Under the pieces are notes generated by a model. That model had not been told where the DNA came from, did no database searches, and saw only the letters and a list, made by a program, of their open reading frames with translations. A stretch of 64,000 nt of DNA, taken from Podarcis liolepis. Taxonomy: Eukaryota. Numbering within the stretch: the first letter of the stretch is position 1; each line of letters starts with the position of its first letter. The translations under genes and the position numbers were made by a program. Positions 52,401-64,000 of this stretch are shown piece by piece. The stretch lies in NCBI GenBank assembly GCA_965112155.1, contig OZ218104.1. The stretch is one strand, 5' to 3'.

Positions 52401-53489
52401 AACTATTTCCCCTAGTTTCCCCAAAACGTTGGCCCCCTGTGAAAACAATATGTGAATTTTCTGCTGCTTTCTCATGGGGTGTGGAGAGAAATTTCTTTGA
52501 AATGTTTGGGAGCTAAATGAAGGCCCTGTGAAGAAGGTGTGGTGGGGTTGTTCTGTGGCCTGAGGAACTTTCTGCAGCTTCCAAACAGCCACATTTCCAG
52601 GAACCCCTTGGGAGTGACTGTCACCAAGCTGTGGAGATAGCCTTGCAGTGCTTCTTGCCTCACCTCCTGTCAAACTTTGGGAGCAACATATGACATCAAG
52701 TTGTGTTGCTCTCAAAGCACTTCAGGAAGTGAGCTTGGCAGGAAGTTGCAGTAAAAAAAAAACATGCACCATTGTGTGCAGCACAGGACTTTAAAAAATA
52801 TCAAGCCAAGGGGGTAAGTTCCACCTGAATGCTTTGGCCACTTTGCAAGGGTAAGTGGCAACTCTGCTCAAATATTGCAGAGAAATGTCTTATCCACTTC
52901 ATGTTTTTGTTTTACCCCTCACTTCCCAAACAATGTCTGAGAAGGAGCTGGCCATTCAGCTCAGGCCTAATTGCAATATATTTCCTACTCAGCCTGTGGA
53001 ACAAAGGCCTAAATGCCTTTACCTGCTGGCAGAAGATCAAGAAAGGGTTTACTGGGTCGCTCTGTCAATGAGATCCAAAGCAGGGAAAGACTGTTCTGTC
53101 AATTTGAGTTTCTCATTTTCCCCAATCTTAATTTCAGTTCTCCATATTTCCATATCAATATGTCATTATTACTATTTTAAAGTTGTTGTGAATTTTTTTC
53201 AGCAATGTAGTGCAAAATTCTAATGTACATATTTTTGCAAATTTTCACCAATATAATGCATTTTTGTAAGTTAGTTATCTTATAACTTTTAATGCACGCT
53301 TCACACTTCATTAGTTTTTTGTACCATTTGACAAATTACTGCCATGCTGTGTCTGCTGGTTATGCTATTGTTGACATGTGAATGTTTAGTATATGTGTCA
53401 TTAATTGATACGTTTTAATGTTTGATAGTTTGTTTTATGTTTGTTTATGTAGTTTGTTTTATGATGACTTTAAAATGTTCATATACTCA

Positions 53490-54095
53490 TATGTTCTTGC
53501 ATATGTGGTAGGAGTGTGGGGAAGTTCAGAGTTTCTTGGGATGGATTTTTTCAGAAATATTATCACCAACCAGCTATGGACTCCTGAACCACCATCAACA
53601 TTATTGTCCTTAGAAAGTGATCTTAATGAAGTTGTGTTACATAAAACATTGGCTTTTTTGCTGTTGATTGGTGCAAGGTTAGTTATAGCTGTGCATTGCA
53701 AGCTCAAGTGCCTTTGCCTAAAGAGATGGTATAATTATATATTGTATGGGATATAGCCCTTTTGGAACATCTTCGTATCCCAGAGCCATTCAGGGTGTTA
53801 TGAAAGTCAACACATTTGATAAAGATTGGTCAGTGTTTTGGGGAACATTAATGAAGGGGGCAGCTATAGACATCCCCCTGTATCACATTCTTCCCTATGC
53901 CTGGGCTATTTGAATATAGGTTGATATATCTTAGGCTTTTTGGCATCTTTTAGACTTAAAATTTTAGCTGTATCATTGATATATTACATTGTATTGTTTG
54001 TTGTGCCAATTTTATGTTATGTAAAAAATTGCTTTCTCCCCTTTTTTCCTTCTTCTTTGATCTTTATTAATGGAAAAATCAATAACTTGTTTTGA
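53490..54095 (+). mobile_element. Old L1 3' fragment (ORF2 C-terminus plus 3' UTR)
   Basis: Degenerate HMW*ECGEVQSF (end of CCHC motif) and LLIGARLVIAVH motifs, followed by a T-rich UTR; frameshifted. Confidence 0.65.
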
Positions 54096-57000
54096 AAATG
54101 TTATTTGTTGCATTGCCACATTATATTTTGAAATGATGTAGTATTTGATTTCTGTTTGAGTGGTGTATTGATCTACACTTTCGTTCTTCTGTGAGCTATT
54201 GTGAGCATATTTATAAGGAAAAGTGGTGTAAAGATTTATTATTTATTTATTGCTTTCCACACAGTATCTGAAGGCGATTTACAAGATTAATAAAAGCAGC
54301 TAAAAAATGAAAAACAAAACAGAATATAGAAACGGGGGTGGGGAGCAATTTAGACATTAATGGCAGAGTCCTATTCACCCAACTGAAAAAGCTTGCCAGA
54401 AGAAAAATGTGCACTACTGTTTCCAGAAGTGGGCACTTATCATATCTTGACATACTGTTCCATAGATAGATGGTAGATAGATGGAAAGTAGATAGAACTA
54501 GACCCTGTTGGAAGTTAAGATGGATAGTGCTTTTCAAAAATCAGAAGTATGGCAAATTTGTTGGCTTCAGCAAGAATCTGAATTGCCAAATATTGGGGGG
54601 ACCAAAAAAACCCCACAAAAAACCAGCCAGCAGCTACCATCTATGATAAGGTGAGGACATGAAATTTGGCACAGGATACAAATGTACAAAATTAAATCTC
54701 ATATTATATTAAAAAGAAAAATCTGGGAGAGAATGGCAGACATGCAAAAGTTGCATTCTTACATGAGTGCATAATATAGTTATACAGAATTGCAGGTTTT
54801 TAATACTAAATTCCTTATGTTCTTTATGCTATTATAACATGTTCATACATTACATGCAATAAGTGTAGAATCTGTGTACCTGTTTACACAAGCAGTTGAG
54901 CTGTATATTCATACAGTTACTCACATGTAATGTTAAATGAGTGTATAGCCTTGTGAACACAAGAGCTGAGCTGTGGAAATAAACAAGGACAGACATTTTG
55001 GCACAAACATTTGTAGCAACAAGTTGTACCTGTGTTCAGTGCAATGTGTGAGCAACTCTTGTCAGTGAATCATTTGTGAAAAGAAAATTAATTATTCAGG
55101 GTCTTTAACTGAAGGGAGCAATATACAATATTAAAGTTCACAAAGCAAACTGATCAGAATTCAGATAGATGCTCCCCATCCATCACTTGGGGTTGGAAAA
55201 TAAAAGTGAAAATGAAATCCCACCATGTAACTCTTTCTTTATGTTTTTCTTCCAATTTGTCCCTTTTCTTCCTAAATCATCTGCCTTTGTAATTCCTGCC
55301 TTCCCTGCTGAATGCTGTGAATTTTTTTAGAAATGTATTAAAAGGCAAGTTCTACAAATAATAAACACTGTTTAGACACTCCTCTAAAGAACAGCAGAAG
55401 CATCTGTGATCCATTGGCTTCCAAATTGCTACAATTCTGGACACAAGTTCAAAAAAAACATTTTTCTCCGTTACATCTTCAGTTGTATGACTTTGCAATT
55501 GTTTGATCTCCCTGTAATAAGGGATAGAATATTAAAATAAACAATAAGGGAAACAATACTAAAATGTGCCCTCTATTTCTTGTGATTTCCAGATGAACAA
55601 CTGAAAGCTGAAAATCTAATTTCAGTACAATCATGGCATGGCTTCAAAGTTTTTTCCTGTACATGATTTGTGGTTACATTTCACACATTTTTCAAAGGCA
55701 ATATAACGAAGGACACTGGGGTGGGTTGGAGTTTTACTGTAGTTGTTGATGATGGCATATACAGGGGGGAAATCACAAGGTAAAATATCAAAGATTTCAC
55801 ACTCAGTGTCATAAACACATTATGCAGTGTTTCTGCTGCAGAATGGGAAGTTAATATTGAGAGGAGAGTCTACTGTAATGCACTATCGAAAGAAACTTGG
55901 CAGAGGTGTTATTAAGATGGCTGCTGGCATTATTCTAGTGGAGTAACCAAAAAAAGTGCCCTGGAATGCTCTCCCAATTCAAACCCACCAGGTTCCCTCT
56001 TTTTTGTTATTTCCTGTGGAACACCAGTGGAAATGAAGACAATTCAGTTTTAGTAAGCTTTTCTTGTGTGCATAACCTCAAGCTGCATTCCTTGTTCTTA
56101 TCTTTCTCAGGGTTGGTTGCAACACATTTCATTGTTGCTTTTAGTTGTTCCTTAATTGTGTTTTATGATTGTATCATACTGCACAACTGTCCCATTTAAA
56201 GTGGAACATCCCTGGCTTCTGATTCCAATCCTGGATATCCCATTTTGGCTCCTGTGTTCTGGGAAGGTTGCCCAGAAGCAAATGTTGCCCTTGGGCTTGC
56301 TGACAAGGGTTCCCAGTCCCTGCTCTGTGCCATCCATCCTTGGCACATTCTGTAGAAGCACAAGAAGTGATAACAACAACAATAATTTGTTGTGATCCTG
56401 TGTAAAGCTTTGGTACTTTCCATGGTGAGCATGTTTGAATTCTGCCTGGATTAGAGAGAAGAAACCTCTGTGAAAATAACCTTCATTATAATTTATTTTC
56501 ATTATAATTTATTTTCTGCAGCATAAATGATAAGTAGACTTTCTTAGACATCCTTTCCGTGAACTGCAATAGTGACTCTGCTTTCTGAAAGGAATCTTTT
56601 TTAAAAAAAAATAAAAAAAATGTTCAAAGGGGAAAGAAAAATTTAAACGTTTGCCAAGAGAGACCTAAAACCAAGAGAAGTCCCGGCTGGACCCCTTGTT
56701 TCCAATTTTCTGCCCTGATTAATTATAAAGGCTGCTAATTGCATGTTGATGTTAGTTTAGAAGCATTTGGTTTGTTTGTCTGGTCATGATGTCAGGATTT
56801 AAAAGGTTCTGCATAAAGGTCAAATTGAAGAGTACAACAGGGTGGGGTTTTTTTTTTAAAAAAAAATCCCCTGATCTCCAGTTTATTTATTTGTTTATTT
56901 ATTCTACCTTTCTTTTGTATATACAAATAAAATTGTATATGTATTTATTATTGCATCCAATTGTATTGCAACTTGATCATTCATACAAGTTTTCAGGCTT

Positions 57001-58168
57001 CTAAACAATTCTGATTTAAGAGGTCTTACATATCACACAACCTACTTTTATTGGGGTTTAAACAGAGGAGCCCTCAACTTCTAACACACTTTTAATTGAT
57101 TCCCTTAATTTCAGTGGGTTTTATCTAAAATAGTTGGATGCAACCAAGGACCTCTTGGTGGCCTAGATGAAGACTGAAGAGCTGTAGGCAGGCAGAAACC
57201 ACTACCATACAAAGGGTAGAATCACATCCATTGATTCACCCACTTTTCCTCTGGTCCCTCCTGTAGGGATGTGAGTCTCAGTCAGCCCCTCAGTATTAAA
57301 TGGTGAAGGAGCTCTGCTATCTTTGTTGTGAAGGTAGCTATCAAACAGGGTTCAGCCTTAACCAGTCCTGGAACCTGAGATCTTATTGGCACCTTAAATT
57401 GGGTCCAATAGCAAACCAGCCACCAGCGTAGAGCTTTAAGGATTGGTGGCACATGACATCACTTTGTGGTGCCAATAAGTAACAGGCATTCTGCTAAAGC
57501 AGGGTTCCCAATCACAGGAGAGCTTTTAAGCATGTTCAGCCCCCTTGAGACCTTCATGCTGAATGTCAGAGCTGCTCTTGCACTTAGGTCCTTCTTGTAG
57601 GCTTCCCATAAGGCTTCTTCTTATGAGTCGGAGCACACAATGATGTTGGGACTAGGGCTTGTTCTCCTTCCCAATTGAAGCCCACATGTGTTTGTTCAGA
57701 TTCCTGAACAGGGCTAACATAAACACTACTTATGAATCATATGCTGCAACAGTGACAGCCTCGACTCTGCACTCATTTCAAATCTTCAAATTTGCAATTT
57801 AAAGAAGTTACGTTTCCTGTGCTTTAAAATGTGTTATTGCAGCATTCCCTAAAACAATATACATGGGGATTTACCATTTGTCCAGAGCCAGCCTACATAT
57901 TTACAAATCATTTTCTCTCTCCCCCCCCCCTCACACCATCACTCATTCTCTTTCTTTCTTTTTGCTCAAACTTGCTGATAGGGTTTTAGTGGGTTTAAGG
58001 GAAAATATGACCCTTAATGCAGATGCACACACAAGTGATAGCACTTGAGACAAGAGACTTCATTGTTCTAAACGAAGCCATGTTAATTGAATAAAAGGAT
58101 TTGGATTATATTTCATTCCTCACCAAGGAGTAGATAATGGAAACCTTGCAATCTCCAAATACACATCT

Positions 58169-58169
<1 letters not shown>

Positions 58170-58200
<31 letters not shown>
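58170..58200. repeat. (GAAA)n microsatellite
   Basis: Seen directly. Confidence 0.95.
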
Positions 58201-58229
58201 GGAGGAAGGGTTTAAGAGGCAATATTATC

Positions 58230-58845
58230 TAGGGGCCTTGGGGTTTTGGTGGACCACAAGCTTAACATGAGTCAACAGTGTGATGCATCAGCTGAAGCTA
58301 TTCTAGGCTGCAACAACAGAAGTATCAAGGGAAGTAACAGTACCACTCTATTCTACCTTGGTCAGACCACACCTGAAATATTTTGCCCAATTCTGGACAC
58401 CGTAATTTAAGAAGGATGTTGGCAAGCTGTAACGTGTGCAGAGGAGGGCAACCAAGATGACCAAGGGCCTGGAAACAAAGCCTTACGTGAGGAGCGCTTG
58501 AAGGAGCTGTATACCTGAAGGAGCGTCTCCACCCCCATCATTCAGCCCGGACACTGAGGTCCAGCGCCGAGGGCCTTCTGGCGGTTCCCTCATTGCGAGA
58601 AGTGAGGTTACAGGGAAGCAGACAGAGGGCCTTCTCGGCGCCCGCCCTGTGGAACATCCTCCCATCAGATGTCAAGGAAATAATCAGCTATCTTATCTTT
58701 TAAAGACATCTGAAGGCAGCCCTGTTTAGGGAAGTTTTTAATATTTAATGCTGTATTGTTTTTAACACTCGATTGGGAGCCGCCCAGAGTGGCTGGGGAA
58801 ACTCAGCAAGATGGGTGGGGTATAAATAATAAAAATTATTATTAC

Positions 58846-58884
<39 letters not shown>

Positions 58885-59182
58885 GTTTAGCCTGGAAAAG
58901 AGGAGACTGAGAGGAGATATGATACCCATCTTCAAATATCTTAAGGCATGTCACGTGGAAGAGGAAGCATGCTTGTTTTCTCCTGCTCTGGAGGGTAGGA
59001 CACAAACCAATGGCTTCAAGTTACAAGAAATGAGATTCTGTTTAAACATTCAGAAAAACATTCTGACAGTAAGAACTGTTCAGCCATGGAACTGACTGCC
59101 ACAAGAGGTGGTGGACTCTCTTTCCTTGGAGGTTTTTAAACAGCGTTTGGATGGCCATCTGTCATGGATGTTTTAGCTGAGA
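58230..59182 (+). mobile_element. CR1 LINE 3' region interrupted by a nested insertion
   Basis: LVDHKLNMSQQCDA upstream and FSLEKRRLRGDMIPIFKYLK...NGFKLQEMRF downstream of the insert; both are CR1 ORF2 C-terminal motifs. Confidence 0.88.
58510..58882 (+). mobile_element. Young L2-type LINE 3' end with (ATT)n tail, nested in CR1
   Basis: CpG-retaining segment ending ...GCCGCCCAGAGTGGCTGGGGAAAC...GGGGTATAAATAATAAA(ATT)n; it splits the CR1 sequence GAGCTG / ATGTTTAGCC. Confidence 0.75.
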
Positions 59183-60724
59183 TTTTAACCGCACCCTATG
59201 GGATCTGTGCATATAGTATGGACATTGCAAGGCAGAAGCATTTGTATTGCCGAAAAATATCTGCACAGGACTCCGCTGAACTCCATTTAACATTATGTCG
59301 CTCAGTGTTGGAAAGATCCTGAATGAACTGACAGCATCAGCAATATGGGCCACTCATTCCTCACTCCCAATAACTTATGAATGTTTATGATGGTTTTCGT
59401 TATACAGTGGAAATCATTGACGTATCTGGCATAGTTTGTAATCATGCCATATTAATTTAACCAGCATTCATTCTGAAATCCTAAATTACACCAAAGACGT
59501 GACAATAAATTAACTTTAGTGCTTATGTGCTGTTAATGCTTTTCCATATGTTACCCCAATATACCATCCAGTGAACGGCATAAATAGTTTTGGTTTGTGT
59601 GATTGAATTCCTATTTCCGACTCAGTCTGTGGTGGAAAGTCTGTTTAATTGTTTAAGTGGAATGAAGAGAAGCCTTTGCTAGACTGCTCAGGCACATTAT
59701 TTTCAAAGATAATATCAGTGGCTGGCATTTAGACAAGCTTTGGGGTTGGATTGATATGCCTGCTGATTAACTGAGAGACACCAAAGTGACTCAGGAATCA
59801 TTTGAGAATGCTTGCCTAGCCCTTTACACAAGACCAGACATAAAGCATCTTTTTTGCAGTATCACAATTCCTGCCACCCCATCACTGCACGTCACCAGGA
59901 TAACGGCACTTGCAGATAGGGATGGGGGGAGTTCACACTTTCCGAAACAATATGAAAATCAAAGCACAGGCATCCTTTGAAATTCACACTTCTCCAAATT
60001 TTGCAATGCACTTCTGAAGCCAAGTAATGTGTACAAAAATGGATATACAAAGTGTGCATAAAATGCAGATTTCAGTGAAACTGACAAATGAAAATGCATT
60101 ACACTAGAGAAAATTGGTTGCAAAAAATGTGTACGTCTATCAAACCTGCCTACAAAAAAATGTGTTTATTAAGAGAAATTCACATGTGGAGAACTGAATC
60201 TGAAATTGGAAAGATGAGAAACTGAGAGAACTGAAACTGTCCGATCTGCCCATGCGTACTTGCAGAACCATTATTACAACTCCTTTGTTCTTAGTGGCCA
60301 TTTTCAAGATCATCTTCTTTAAAATCTGAATGATGAAATACATCTCACATGCTGAGTGCGCATAGTACCCTCCCACATTCTACAAATGAAAATAGGGGCA
60401 TTCTTGTTGCAACCTTGTTTTTATAACTAGGATCCCTGCCTGTCTCTTTCTCACCCTGCCACATACTGTTATTATACATTGCTGAAGGCTTTTTTCTGCC
60501 TCCTGACTGCTGTATTCATTTACTCAGCAATCGCCAGCTCTCAGGTAGCTAGAGAATAGAGAATATTGTTAGAGAATAGAATAGAATGCATTTAATGATT
60601 TGGCAGACCATATCAAAAGAGGACAAAATAAAACACTAAAAGAAAATATCTGTCTTTGCTATATTGAAAAAACAGAGAGCTTTGCCCTCTTGTGCTTTGT
60701 GTTTTACATAGAAGCCTTGCACCT

Positions 60725-61116
60725 AAGGATGGAGAGAATCAGTTAGCATCTAAAGGCAAACTTACCTAAACGAAAAATGAAGCGCAGCCATACTTACAAA
60801 TTCATACTTCTCAAAAATTTTCAATGCAATTCTCCAGTCAAGTAATGGGTATAAAAATGCTTACACTAGGGTAAGGTGTGCATATCAATGATGTAATATA
60901 TCATTGAAATTTCCTTGCAAAATTATGTATGTTTCTCAAAACTGCATAGAAAACTTCATTTCTTAGGAGAAATTTACACTAAAATGCTGGTGAATTTTCA
61001 TGAGGATTATTTTAACTAAAATTTGCAAATGAGTGCAAAAAAGTACAGAACGGAATTTAACTTTGGCAGAAATGTGAAACTGAGAGAACTGAAACTGACA
61101 GATTCATGCATCCCTA
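60725..61116. repeat. Abundant AT-rich dispersed repeat with AGGGATG...CATCCCT-like ends (probable MITE)
   Basis: Shared motifs GAGAGAACTGAAACTGACAGATT and AAAATGCATA recur at ~12240-12650, 15270-15650, 36570-37100, 53080-53330 and 59915-60255. Superfamily not assigned. Confidence 0.6.
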
Positions 61117-62217
61117 GCTATCACTACTTCATGCAGTCTACAAAAGGCTCCCCACCCCTGCGAAAATGCTAATAGCATTTACTGAGTGTGGGTATTTGTT
61201 TTTGGCCCCATCCATTAACAAGAACAAAGTGTCAGCAGGCTTGAGGAAACATTCTTTGGAAATAATTCTTTAGAAATAAAATTCCCAAGGCAGGGGAAAA
61301 CTAAAAGCAGCCCAATAAGGACTGAGTTACAACGAAATGAAGGGCATAAATCTGAGGGGAAAGAAATAGAATGGAACATCCTAGAAAAAAACAATCAGTT
61401 GCCTCACTGGCTGGAAACTTGAAGAATGGGACTCTACCATGCAACATTTTGTGGCCAGTTCTGAACATCTGAAACTAATATCAAATTTAATGTAGCTCAG
61501 AATGCTAGTGCAACTCAGAGTAGACCCACTGAAATTCATGGACTTGACTAACTTAGGTTACTAGCATTGGATGCAATCTGTATTTTACAGCAACAGCGTG
61601 GCCAGTCAGTTTTTGTCAAAATGGTTACCCATCTGGAGGCTGAAAATGGATGCTCATTTGCAAGATCTACATCCACTTTGTGCTGGTCTCCCTTGCTGTA
61701 TTGAGGCAATGCATTTTAAAGGCCTATCTGTTGTCTCCAATTAAGGCTTTCCCATGTGACTTTCTTTTTTCTGCTGTCAAAAAACCCATCTGTTCCAAAG
61801 CCCATTTTAAGTGGATTGTCTCAGCCCGTTCAGACTCATCCTTTCCCCTCCTTTGTAATTCAGTGTGCCATGTGACAGATCAACGTACAGGATAACTCAA
61901 GTCAGAAATCATTTCTCCACATTTCAGCTCAACAAAACTCATTGGGTTAGAAGATATAAACATTACTGTTGTCGAGAAGGTTCACTTAGAAAGTTCAGCT
62001 CCTACCCTAGACGTCTACCTTACAGTTGTTGAAAATAATCAGAGAAGACAGACAGTGTTAATCACTTACTGATGCTTGTTCTCTTCTGTGGTTTTGGCAA
62101 GTGCAAAAAGACAAATTCCCATGGTTTAAGAAAGAAGAACATATATTTTAGAAGATAAAAAGCATTTTACTAACAGATCCAATCCTTTATGTCCTCTCTT
62201 GACACAAATCCTATTCG

Positions 62218-62520
62218 CTGGGTACAGAGTGTAGCTCAATGGTAGAGCACATGCTATGAATGCAAGATCACAGGTTATCGGCATCTCAAAGCAGGATAGG
62301 GGAAATTCCCTGTCTGAAACCCCGTAGAGCTGCTGTTGATCCTGTAGACCAGGGATGGGAAAACTGTAGCCTTCCAGGACCCCAAATCCCATCAAGCCAA
62401 GGAAGATAGGAACTGAAGTCCAGTAGCATCTTAAGGACCTCAGGTTCCCCACCCTTGATGTAGATAACACCAGTTAGGTGGACCGAGGCTCTGATTTAAT
62501 GTAAGGCAATGTTCTGCTTT
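62218..62520 (+). mobile_element. Squam3-like SINE containing a nested hAT MITE (62350-62457)
   Basis: GTGTAGCTCAATGGTAGAGCAC tRNA-like head; insert with CAGGGATGGG...CCCACCCTTG termini flanked by ctgtagac/atgtagat. Confidence 0.7.
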
Positions 62521-62590
62521 TGAACTTTGAAGCATTTTTAATTGCTCACAACACTTTGGGTGATATAAAATGTCTGTCATACATAGAGTA

Positions 62591-62854
62591 CAGTGGTGCC
62601 TCGCAAGACGAAATTAATTCATTCTGCGAGTTTTTTCGTCTTGCGAATTTTTCATCTTGCGAAGCACCTCTTCAAGCAATGCACCCTGGGTATTAACAGT
62701 TTTAAGAAAAAGGAAACAAACTTGCAAGACGTTTTTGTCTTGCGAAGCAAGCCCATAGGGAAATTCGTCTTGCGAAGCAACTCAAAAAACGAAAAACTAT
62801 TTCGTCTTGCGAGTTTTTCGTCTTGCGAGGCATTCGTCTTGCGAGGTACCACTG
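62591..62854. mobile_element. Tigger-like MITE with internal TCGTCTTGCGA repeats
   Basis: TA-CAGTGGTGCCTCGCAAGACGAA ... TTCGTCTTGCGAGGTACCACTG-TA. Confidence 0.88.
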
Positions 62855-64000
62855 TAAATGGATGGCGGTAACCTGCTCACTAAATTCAATGAGTCTACAT
62901 TGAGCTTTCCTTGGTTGGGTATCACACTTTGTATTTAGTTGGAAAATACATTGATGGCAGTTGCAGGACTTGTGTATTTTCAGATAAATACCCAAAATGT
63001 TGTTGCTCTGAAGCAAAATTCACCACTTTTCACTTTGCTTTTTATGCCTACATTCAACTATAGATCTGAGAAATGACATTACAAAGGATCTCCCCAACTG
63101 TTGGAATTTAAGCAATTGCTCTCAGTAGCTTTAAGCAAAATAGATTTTGAATTGATACTTTAAAAAAAGTTAGACTCTGCAGTCAGAACATTGCCATCTT
63201 ACCATTGGTTTCTGGACTGAGAATTTGAATAATAGTTTTAAAAGAAAACCCTGCTCATTAACGGGCCAGGAAGTTCAAAAGAATAAATCCAACAATGGAA
63301 ATACTTCACGCTTTGTAGCGCTTTTCAGCCCAAGCTCAGAAAACCACTTTGCAGATCATTATCTGTGTTTTGCAAAATCCGGAAACAGAGATATACTGAG
63401 GTCAAGTTACTTGCCCAAGGTCACCCAGTAGGTGTCTATGGGTTGTCTCCATAGTCATCATAATGTGTGCTGACCTTTCCTATATATATAGTGGAGATTT
63501 GCAATAGGTTGCCAAAGGACTATCCAATGACTGAGATATAGTTCAGGATGGAGGTGCCTCTTGGTTTAATTCCATAGACTCTGTGTCATTTCTCCCATAT
63601 GACTCAGAGATACAGCCAGTGGACACTCCCCACCCCCAAAGCATTTCTTTTGCTGGGGTTGCCCAGAGGCACTTAATCTTTGCATCTGGTTCAGTTTGTG
63701 AGTGGTATTTGTTCTCTTGCAAGCTCACGGAATTGTTCTGAGACAATAGCAAAGGATAAATGAGAACTTATGTGAAGAACAATTAACTTTAGCGTCCCAG
63801 ACAGCTTCCTGTGGGAGATTAATTGACAAACTTCAAGATCAATTGGCTCGATTACTTCTGCTGGAATGGCATATGAATTTATGTTATTAATTGTGAGGTT
63901 CTCATAACAAGCTAACATTGTGTTTGTGTGTGCCGTGATACTCAAAACAGTTTGATGTTGTTGTTGTTTTAAAAATATGCTTTACTTCCATACTTTAAGA

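Noticed and set aside
62218-62295. tRNA gene
   Set aside because: A tRNA-like A-box head continuing into a SINE body, with a degenerate B-box and no intact cloverleaf.
62591-62854. CRISPR-like repeat/spacer array
   Set aside because: Eukaryotic DNA, 11-bp motif in mixed orientation, irregular spacing, bounded by TIRs and TA TSDs; no cas genes.
9000-64000. Additional host protein-coding exons
   Set aside because: No ORF or splice-bounded segment with a recognisable non-TE protein motif; small exons or lncRNAs cannot be excluded without RNA data.

Overview
Vertebrate genomic DNA from a squamate reptile, most likely a lacertid lizard (inferred from Sauria SINE, Squam3-type SINE, BovB and lizard-type L1/L2/CR1 repeats). 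The only protein-coding gene I can support is the 5' end of ADAMTS18 on the minus strand. It has three coding exons (8268-8167, 8075-7991, 4009-3693) with canonical, phase-compatible GT-AG junctions and starts in a CpG island at about 7.9-8.9 kb; the gene continues off the left edge. The remaining ~55 kb upstream is gene-free intergenic DNA dense in LINE fragments, SINEs, non-autonomous DNA transposons (MITEs) and microsatellites, with a few repeat-free blocks that may be conserved enhancers. Almost all ORFs in the supplied track are spurious or transposon-derived. I found no convincing new biological system. The best observations concern retrotransposition mechanism and regulation: a TSD-flanked L1 copy assembled from three non-contiguous ORF2 pieces, a BovB insertion with an inverted 5' piece, a hAT MITE found repeatedly at the same site of a SINE, hairpin-rich MITEs, and upstream/overlapping ORFs in the ADAMTS18 leader. 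Repeat family names come from recalled consensus motifs, not database searches.
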